Shown piece by piece: positions 54,548 through 64,000 of a stretch of 64,000 nt of DNA (its first letter is position 1; every line of letters starts with the position of its first letter). Source of the DNA: Azolla caroliniana (Eukaryota > Plantae > Polypodiophyta); the NCBI GenBank assembly GCA_043228905.1, contig JBHGNT010000010.1, positions 20,398,001-20,462,000 on the forward strand, given 5' to 3'. The notes under the pieces are model-generated. The model did not search any database. It was given only the letters and a program-made list of their open reading frames with translations, and was not told the origin of the DNA. Both the position numbers and the translations under genes were made by a program.

Positions 54548-56488
54548 ATGGAGAGCTCGATAAGAATGCTCCCAAAACCTCACATAATTCCTAGTAGCAG
54601 CAATCCTTCACTAATCTCATCTGCTGATTCTCCCCCACAATATGATGGTGATCCAAATCATCATCAAAATTCCCTGAATGATCACACAATCATATTAGTT
54701 AGTAGTGGGAGTAATACTAGTGAAGATCATCAGCCCACACTAACCACATTAACAAACTCGAGCACGCGGAGGCGGAGCCGAAGGTTCGAATACGGCTACG
54801 ACACCGAAGAAGACGAAGACGAAGAAGAAGAAGAAGAAGAGCATGATTATGATGATGATGATGATGAATATCATGGGGGATTCAATGCCAACCCTTTGAT
54901 TGGTAGAGATCCAAGGAACTTTTCTAGTATGTCTTCCAATCCTGCTCTCATCCATCCAAGGCTTTGGGCCTGTATTGAAGTTGTGTTCACACTTGGGCAA
55001 GTCATCCTAGCTATGGCAATGCTCATGTCGTCCTCGCCGTCTTCTCGGGAAGCCGAGCTCGCCCCGCTCTGGATATGGCTAGCTGGCTACTCAATGGGAT
55101 GCATTGCCAGCATACTTCTAGCATTATGGAAGCTAATCTCTCAGCATAGTAATAGACATAGATCCAATCATTATGCCAATCATAACCAATACCTATCCAA
55201 TCATCATCATCACCAATCCACCATCTACATTCACCATGAGAATATGCATCATGGATATGTTGCTCCATTGAGGCCTGCTTATACCAATAGATTGATCAAA
55301 GTGTGGACGAGGAAGATGAGGATGTGCTTGGATTTCTTCTTTGCAGTTTGGTTTGTGCTCGGAAATGTGTGGGTATTTGGGAGACCATCATTGGCACAAC
55401 AAACTCCTAGGCTCTACAGGTGTGAACACTCAACCCTAAAACCCATTGGAAGTAAATGTCTTTATTTAATCACAATTCCAAACCACACTTCCTTTTTATG
55501 TGTCTTTTTTCGCACCAACAATGTCACTCAAATCACCTCTTAGGGATCATGAGACCAATTTGTGACTTTCATACTCTCTATTAAGGAATCACGGGGCCGG
55601 TCAATGGTGGGGATTTTCGTTCGCATTTTGCCAATAATGTCAAACAAACATTGTGGCTCTTTTCCTTGCCATGGTGGAACAAAAAGGTGTCTTGCTATGA
55701 TGATTCGGAAAGAACAGTGGGAAAGTGGCCTATCTTGCCACAACTTTTTTGGTGAAAGTCTCTCCTAGGTTCGACCGGCTAGTTTTATCTACAAATCCTA
55801 CATTTGTTCGAGAATCTCCAAATGCAAGTCAATAATGTAGGACGTCCTCGACACGATGGAGATTGGGTTTACATGTCCGATGAGGTTGAGGTTCGCATCA
55901 CATTCTGGGCTCCAATGTATAGGGAAATATGTGGGTTTTTCGCATCATGTTCTACACTATGTATAGGGGAAATTAATTCTTTTAGACATTGGAAAGATCA
56001 ACACTAACTTGGGGCAGGAAATATGAGGGGAAAATGGGCTCTTTCCAACATGGGGAAATGTCGAACTCCTTAGCTATCTAGTCGGTGTGTGGCAAAACAC
56101 TTACAGATTGATCACATTCTTTAAGCTATGGAAATTCTTCTTAAGTCATTCTATTCAGGGCTTCCTAGCACCATAGCTTGACATTCTTTTCATGGTTAAT
56201 GCTGTGTGGCTCACTAAACTATAACCCCGGTGTTTAAACCCTAAACCCCAATCATGTAAACCCTAAATCCATTGTTACTTTGAAAATTCTCTTTCTATGA
56301 TTTATTTACGATATTTGTAATCTGCAGGCTTTGCGTCGCGTTCCTCGCATTGAGCTGTGTGAGCTACGCGCTTCCGTTTGTGCTCTGCATTGCACTCTGT
56401 TGCTGCCTTCCTTGCTTCTTGAACATGAGAGGAGGGAGAATTCTCAACGGATACTTCGCGGCTCAAATTTATAATAATGGTGTCAATG

Positions 56489-56521
<33 letters not shown>

Positions 56522-57663
56522 GCGGTGGAGGGGCGAGTGCGGCACTTATCGCCACAATCCCGACCGCACGATTCCGCCCACAATCCTCACTTCAATTGGA
56601 TGATAAGAATGCCTATCATGTTAATGATGAGTGTGATGATGATGATAATGATTGTGATAATGGTGACACGACTGGTAGAGGTGCAGGTGGTTTCATCAAG
56701 TGCTCGAATCTACAACACAACGAGCTACTCGTCGAAGCCGAGGATGCGGTATGTCATGTCATGTCATGTCGTAACAACATATGACCAAACTTATCTAGGG
56801 TCAAACTCCATCACACACAATGTTGGTATAAAACACATCACATTAGTATCCTAGGGTCACACTTTATCACAATGTTGGTATAGACATTTAACATACAAAG
56901 TCGATTTCCTAGGCTCACACTTTATGACAACATTTGGCAAAAACAATCGATTTCCTAGGGTCACCCTTTATTGCGACCGAAAGCCCGATCCAGCAATATT
57001 GCATGAGTGAGTGAAAAACGTCGAGGGTCAAAGACTTACCCAGTGTGAGGTATCACATCGTTAGAGGAACATTAGATGTTGTGGGGGTAAGGGATCGTAA
57101 GAAAGGGCATCCTAGTGCGTTGCAGAGCATAGTCGGTTACTACATAAATGTCTTAGTTTTCGAGGGTCACAGTTTTGCTACAAAAGCATGTTAGTGTCAT
57201 AGGGTCACACTTTATCGGACAATGTTGCTAACAAAAACATCTCAATTTACTAGGGCTCATAGTTTATCACAAAGTTGTTTTCAAACAACTACATCTCGTA
57301 GGATCTCTTTTAGTTTAGAACATCATTGTTTCCCAACTAGGGTCATGCTCTCTATCACATTGTTCTAGAGCACCTTAGTTTTCTAGCTAGGGTGTTATAG
57401 AGCACTACATTTGCTTTTCTACTATATTTGCATCCTTTTACAACCTCAACTATTTATGTCCTTGTCTAACAATGTGCTCCACTTCCATACAGGTATGTTG
57501 CATTTGCTTGCGAAGATACAAAGAAAATATTGAACTTAGAACACTACCTTGTTCACATCATTTTCATTTATTGTGTGTAGACCAATGGCTCCAAATCAAA
57601 GCCTCTTGCCCACTTTGCAATTCCTCTTTATATCCAAACATAGAGAGAACTCTGTTAAAGTAA
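54548..57663 (+). CDS. Transmembrane RING-H2 E3 ubiquitin ligase, 3 exons
   Basis: Exons 54548-55419, 56328-56748, 57493-57663. Motifs [28 protein letters not shown] and LCCCLPC, plus RING-H2 CCICL...[23 protein letters not shown]. Confidence 0.92.
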
Positions 57664-59019
57664 TATGTTTATGGGACGAAAACAACTCCAAGTGTAAAAA
57701 ATAAAGATTGCAAACAACATAAAGTCAAAAAGGTTTATATATTGCAACAAGGCACGTGTGTGGCTGTGTGTTGTAGAAGCGAGCTTACATCTCTATGCAT
57801 CAATATGTTGGAGGTGAAACAAAATATTTGATTTTTTATGAAGTTATGAGAAGAAGAAAGCTACTTTGTCGCATGAAAATATCCAACAATATGGTTGTGC
57901 CTACTTGAGGCTCAATACTCACTTAAACTAGAGGAATCATGTTATAATAAATCAAGAGGTGGATAAAGGAGTTATGTTCCCAAATGTACATTCATTCACA
58001 TATTTAATGTGTTAAGTTGCCATCTACATCCAATGAACATTTGCAAAAACTACACTATACAATGATTAAATGTGGTGAGAATAAGTGAGTGAGACTTTGA
58101 CTCTTTTGGAAGAAAACAAGTGCTCCTAATTAATGGCTATGCCTATTTTTAGGAGATCCTCCATAACTACTTTTATGAAAACTTATTCTAAGGTTGGAAG
58201 ACTATAGTCTATGGTTTGCACGAGTTATAAGTATATAGGGTAGGTGCCATGACCAATAAATTGAAAAAGGCACTATATGAGTTCCACGTTATTTTGTTTT
58301 CCGCTATGTGATAATGTACCACATGCTTCCAATAACAACATGGTCTCAATGAAGAGTATTCGTCAAAAAATGGAGGATTCATGAAGTGAGCATCATCCTT
58401 TTAGTTGACAATGGAATATAGTTTTTGATTCTGTGTTTGAATGAATCCACCACTATAAGCAAAAAAAATGATCTTAGACAAATAGGTCTCTTGATTATGG
58501 TGTAGGTCTAAGCTTCACCTCTAGTGCATATATGACTAGACGCATCCAAAATAAATAACAATTTGCCATTAATTATAATTAGCTACATGTCACTAATAAC
58601 ATGTAGCTAGAGAAATCACATTCTAATAACAACATTTGTTGATCATGGCCTAGAGTCGACCCTCTTGAAAAAATATAGGTTATGGATTATGAGGAGAACA
58701 ATGCATTAATATGCCCGATGTCAACATTAATTGTTCTATACAACAAATCTAGCTCCATCGCAGATATTACAAAATCAATCAATGTGAATAATATAATAAA
58801 TGTATTACTAGCAAACCCAACTAAGTTTTCCATCCTCATTACTAATACATTCATTGAGGGAAGTAGGAAGCAACATGGCATGAATGTCTATCTCATATGA
58901 AAGCAAAATGAGAAACAATTAATTGTCGCTTAGAGGTTGACCAACAACTACAAAGTGTCATGGTGCACCCCCATGCATGCATATGTATCTATTACTAAAA
59001 CAATTGCAATTTAGCACGG

Positions 59020-59893
59020 GGAATATGTGTATATGAGAATATTGCTTGGTTTGTGCATAGGGAGTTTGGGACTCATTATGAGGGAAGTGCTCTAAAACAA
59101 CATCCTCTACTCTATCTTTTCTTTTGTTTAAGAAGAAAACACATCATCATGATAGCTATTAATAACAACCAACGACAAAGCAAATTGCTCTTAGTGTAGA
59201 TTTGGTATTATTGATACCATATTGTATGGGGACATTGTCTTGTGTCATATGGAGACAATCGTCTCGTTTCACATCATATCGGAACATGAATTGTCTCCTC
59301 TCACATCATATCGAAATATATATATATCCTACGAAAATATATGTTCGGTCCTATGAAGTTGCAGGAATGATCCTCATGTCGATGCACATCGTATTTGTCT
59401 TCGAGAGGTCATGGAAGGTCTGAGGCAATTGAATGTGTCATGGAAGGTCATGGAATATGTGTATACGAGAATATTGCTTGGTTTGTAAGGCATAGGGAGT
59501 TTGGGACTCATTATGAGGTAAGTGCTCTAAAACAACATCCTCTACTCTATTTTTTCTTTTGTTTAAGAAGAAAACACATCATTATGATAGCTATTAATAA
59601 CTACCAACGACAAAGCAAATTGCTCTTAGAGTAGATTTGGTATTATTGACCCCATATTGTATGGGGACGTTGGCTTGTGTCATATGGAGACAATCGTCTC
59701 ATTGCACATCATCTCGGAACATGAATGGTCTCCTCTCGCATCATATCGAAATATATATATATATATATATATATATATCCTACGAAAATATATGTTCGGT
59801 CCTACGAAGTTGCAGGAATGATCTTCATGTCGATGCACATCACATTCATCTTTGCAGGGTGATGGAAGGTCTGAGGCAATTGAATGTGTCAGG
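59020..59893. repeat. Tandem duplication, ~432-bp unit x2
   Basis: ggaatatgtgtata(t/c)gagaatattgcttgg starts at 59020 and 59452. Both copies end ggtctgaggcaattgaatgtgtca and differ in (AT)n length. Confidence 0.9.
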
Positions 59894-60199
59894 AAAAGTC
59901 TAGACCATGGATGTTTGAGCCAATAACATGCATGTAACATGTGCCCTGATAACGTATTGATGAATTCAATGACTTTAAGGCTATCTTAAATCCATCTATA
60001 ATATGCCAAACAATTTTAATTTTTTTTCCAAAACAAAATATCCTTCCATTAGTTTTCAAAGAGATGAAAAAGAAGAGGAAAAAGGACTATCCCAATGACT
60101 AGCCATGGAGGTATGACTACCCAGGTTTTAATATCCTTCTATTCTCTTCAATCCAAGGTTGCTTTTATTTCAAGCTACCATTTCTATATCATCATCCAA

Positions 60200-60530
60200 T
60201 AACATTTCATATTTGAAAAGTGTATTAACCTTGGTACTAACGACAAATCCCTCTGCTCAGGCTTCAATTATTGCTCCGCATTTACACTACCAATCTCCGT
60301 TAAGCCATGCTCACCATATCTTGTAATAGATGCATTTCACAAGAGAACATGTTTGTTTGCAAGAATATCAATTACATCTCGAACTGAAATATCATCGACT
60401 GTTTTTTGTGTTTTTTCAAGATTGCCACATATAGCATACATGTTCAACAAAGCATTCCCAGGCTCAATATTGTCTTCTAACAGCCTCTTACTCATAATTT
60501 CAATGTGATTTTCTATGCATGTCAATCACT
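60200..60530 (-). pseudogene. Degenerate PPR fragment
   Basis: HIEIMSKRLLEDNIEPGNALLNMYAICGNLEKTQKTVDDISVRDV resembles a PLS-class PPR L/S motif. No intact ORF. Confidence 0.6.
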
Positions 60531-61657
60531 CTTTCACAACCACCTTGGCAAACTTGTAGTTTTATGCCAAACAATTCATGTAGTTTTATGGAGATGTTTC
60601 ACTCAATGGTTTCCTACACTTGTTGATTGCTTGGGATTTTGATCAAGTTGTAGTATAATACATTGCCAAGATGATGTTGACGAAGATGATCATTCCTATA
60701 TGTTCATCTATGGGTACACCGAGGAGTTTTGAAGCAAACGAAACCCTAGGGACAAATCTCGTCCTAGCTATACTTGTATGTTGTACGATCATAAATTATT
60801 TTGGTTTGATGGTATGTCAATTCTTGAAAGTTATGTACCAAGAGGATATTTCACACAATTGTAAGTAGGAATAATCACTTATTTGGCCGAAACTTGTCAT
60901 TGCATCAAATTGCACAATACAAATTTCAAATGTTTTCACCACTTAAAATATGTTTTTAAATCTTTGCTTTTCTCGCTTGTATATGGTCCACTACAACCAC
61001 TTTGCATGGTGTAACTTTTGATACAATACTAACTTAAAATATGTTTAAAGTGTTATTTAGATATTCGTTTTACTCGCTTGTGTATGGTCCATGACAACCA
61101 CTTTGCATGGTGTATGTATGTTTTAGCAAAGAGTCATAACCAGATATATTTTTTATAATGTAAGCTCTCATCTTACTTGTGATATTCCAAAATGTTTTAA
61201 CATTGTTTGATATTCCGAGTTCCCATGTAAGTGTATGCTTCAACAACTAGATTTAACAATCGTATTTTAGGATGTCAACGTTCCATCTTACTCGTGATGT
61301 TCAGGCACACCATCAATATATCAGATTGTCTTCAATATCACTCCAGTTTGATATTCCTACAAATGTTTTCACATTATCCGTCAGCCCCATGACGTGATGA
61401 GCACATGTTAACAATGCTTAGATGCACTCGAAGAAAAGAATGACAATTTCAATTTGAAGTTGGATTGTCTTAATGGCATAACCATTGTCTTATGAGTGTT
61501 TTGGATGTATTCGTGTTCTCCATTGAGACCAATTTCATACATGTTCTCAGGCAATGAACTAGCTTATATAGCTATACACAATTTTAATATTACATCATTT
61601 GTAATTATGAACTGAGGTTCAAGTTGCTGTTTAAAGTATTAAGGGCCATGAGGTAGG

Positions 61658-63484
61658 TTATTGTATGGATTGAGTGACCAAATCGTGGGGTATACCATGC
61701 ATTTTACAAGCTGAAGCCAAAGCACTGCAAGCAGATTGAGAGAGGTTTAAATTCATCCTGCTTGCCTCAAAATACATATCACGAGCTAGTTCGGCTTCCC
61801 CACCATGGGATAAGGCTTTTACAAGTTGATCATACGATATAGTGTTGGGACTGAACCCATCTTCAACAAGCTTTTTCATCCATTTGAGTGCACCTTTTGC
61901 ATCCCCAACCTTAGCACATGATGTTATAAGCGCATTGTATGTGATAAGCGTGAATTCTGCCTTTCCTGCATTCATTTCATCGATGAGTAGTGACAATTTT
62001 TCTTGATTACAAGACTTTGAATAAACTGAGATCATGATCGTGTATGCTTCGATATTTGGTTTGATACCAAGTTTTTTCATGTGGTGCCAAACTTGCTCGG
62101 CTTTATCCAAAAAGTCACATTTCTCTAGAGACGTTAGCAAAGCTCCATAAGAAATGAGGCTCGGTATTTGACCTTTCTCTACCATTCTCTCAAAAACAAG
62201 TAATGCACCATGGAGATCAGCTCTCTTAGCACAAGTTATGAGGGCAGTATCCCATGCATATTGATCAGGTGTAATACCGCATGATTCCATCCTCTCAAGA
62301 ATTTCTACACTCCAATGGCTATTGCGAACCTCCCGAGACGAACTCAAAAGCAAGTTAAACTGTGACCTTACTATAATATACGAATCCTTATCAGGGACAG
62401 GGCCATCGGCTAGCATCCGTTCAAAAATCTCTAATGAAGCTTCCCATTTCCTTGCTTTACCAAGGATATTCATAGCATGGTTACAAACACCAACCGAAAC
62501 TGGATAATTCGAGCCCTTTTGCATGCGAGTTAGCATCCGGTATGCAACCATATGATCTTCAGGGCCCGGCCCACAAGACCATATAATCCCTTGATAATCC
62601 CCTAGGCATAGATTTGTTATGGTATCTTCTACCTTTTCAATAAGACCAAGTATTTCGGCGTCGGATCTTCTACGAGAAGACAACATGCTTCGGATGGATC
62701 GATAAGCTATTCCAGAAACCACGGCTTTGAATTGTGAAGCAATCTCATTATCCAAATTCGCTTTTATTGAAAGTTCATATAGTTTCAAACCACTATGTAT
62801 ATCAATCATCTTTTCTGCGCCCTCGAGAAGCGATCGGAAAGTTGCCGGATCATCTAACACAAAACCCTTCTCATTGAGTTCTTTAAGAGTACCCATGGCT
62901 TCTTCATGAAGGCCCATGCGCTCATAAGATGAGATAATGATCTTATATGCAACAAGGTCAGGTTCTACATCATTCACCTTCATGTGTTCAATCACTTTGC
63001 TTACAAATTCAAACTGACCACTTCTATGAATCACGCCAAGAATACTGGAATAGATGAATATATCTGGTTTTTCTTCTCTTGTGTGCAGCCATTCATATAC
63101 AGAGAACGCGGATTTCGTGAGCTTAGCGCTGCCAAGCTTCCTTATAACTGTACAGAACACTGGTAAAGGAAAATACAAACCATCAAGGAGAGACTGTACC
63201 TGGTCCACGTCTTGTATAGATTTTAGGGAATTGAACAGAACTCGAACGGAAGGAGCAAAGGGTCTCTTGTCTTTCTCTTTCTCTAGTTCAAGAGCGATCT
63301 GATGGAGGAGAAGCTTCTGCTGGCCATGGATGTCATGGTCAGGCTTTGCTAGGAAAACAGAGGTGTTGAAAGCGGCAGCATCAGAGCAAGAACAGAGGAA
63401 GGGGGTTCGAGGGAGAGAGTGCGATGGAGTGATGGGGAAGGAGAAGGCATGGGGCATGAGAAAGAAGGTCTCGCTGCCCACCAT
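61658..63484 (-). CDS. P-class PPR protein, chloroplast, LPE1 (At3g46610)-like
   Basis: 608-aa single-exon ORF with a transit peptide and tandem PPR motifs. Segments VCNHAMNILGKARKWEASLEIFE, QFNLLLS and ISYGALLTSLEK resemble LPE1 (from recall). Confidence 0.88.
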   Translation of the reverse strand: MVGSETFFLMPHAFSFPITPSHSLPRTPFLCSCSDAAAFNTSVFLAKPDHDIHGQQKLLLHQIALELEKEKDKRPFAPSVRVLFNSLKSIQDVDQVQSLLDGLYFPLPVFCTVIRKLGSAKLTKSAFSVYEWLHTREEKPDIFIYSSILGVIHRSGQFEFVSKVIEHMKVNDVEPDLVAYKIIISSYERMGLHEEAMGTLKELNEKGFVLDDPATFRSLLEGAEKMIDIHSGLKLYELSIKANLDNEIASQFKAVVSGIAYRSIRSMLSSRRRSDAEILGLIEKVEDTITNLCLGDYQGIIWSCGPGPEDHMVAYRMLTRMQKGSNYPVSVGVCNHAMNILGKARKWEASLEIFERMLADGPVPDKDSYIIVRSQFNLLLSSSREVRNSHWSVEILERMESCGITPDQYAWDTALITCAKRADLHGALLVFERMVEKGQIPSLISYGALLTSLEKCDFLDKAEQVWHHMKKLGIKPNIEAYTIMISVYSKSCNQEKLSLLIDEMNAGKAEFTLITYNALITSCAKVGDAKGALKWMKKLVEDGFSPNTISYDQLVKALSHGGEAELARDMYFEASRMNLNLSQSACSALASACKMHGIPHDLVTQSIQ

Positions 63485-64000
63485 AGCTACAACAAGACTG
63501 TGTACAACAGTTCCTGGCCTGGTATGGAAGGAAGTATGTATGTAAGTTCATGCCATGAATTCTTCATCAAATCAAGCTTATCAATACCAATATGAAGACA
63601 TGGCTATGAATGAATGAATGAATATATGAAGGCCTTCTTCTTTCCTTCATTTTTTTGGCATTGGGTATTATACATAATGTTATAGGTTGGGAGTTCGAAT
63701 CCAGACATGGCCATTCGGGTATAATTTTGTAGCCTTCAATTGTTCACACCAACAATTGCTTGGTTTGTGTGTGGGTGTGTGCACATATGTGAGAGTGTAA
63801 ACCCTAAACACTAAACCCCAAACCCCCAATGCCAATGTCTCATGACATGGGATAAATGTGGAAGCTCAGACTTTGTACATTACATATGTTGTACCTAGCT
63901 ACAAAACCATGTTCTTTGAGAACGAGGAAACAACACATATCAATACATGTTAGAACCCATCCATTTGTCTGCCATCTGAACCATTGCTTCTATGTGACTC

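Overview
Gene-rich, intron-containing plant nuclear DNA. The gene set and repeat style suggest a fern or other non-seed plant, which is inference only. Host genes in order: 3' end of a 14-3-3, CP12, plastid FtsZ2, a DUF1118-type plastid protein, an SKU5-like oxidase, a GH17+X8 beta-1,3-glucanase, two convergent GDSL lipases, a transmembrane RING-H2 E3 ligase and an LPE1-like PPR gene. The standout is a 7,232-bp DNA transposon (17411-24642) with perfect 37-bp TIRs and a 4-bp GGCT target duplication, nested in a 5'-truncated LINE. It carries a Sola-like DDD transposase on the minus strand and, divergently, a spliced four-exon bacterial-type beta-class N6-adenine/N4-cytosine DNA methyltransferase. 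Between the two genes lies an array of about 18 palindromes (AATCCGATGCA-N-TGCATCGGATT). Each gene carries one C>T-type premature stop. A small non-autonomous LTR element, a hAT MITE and several local duplications are also present.
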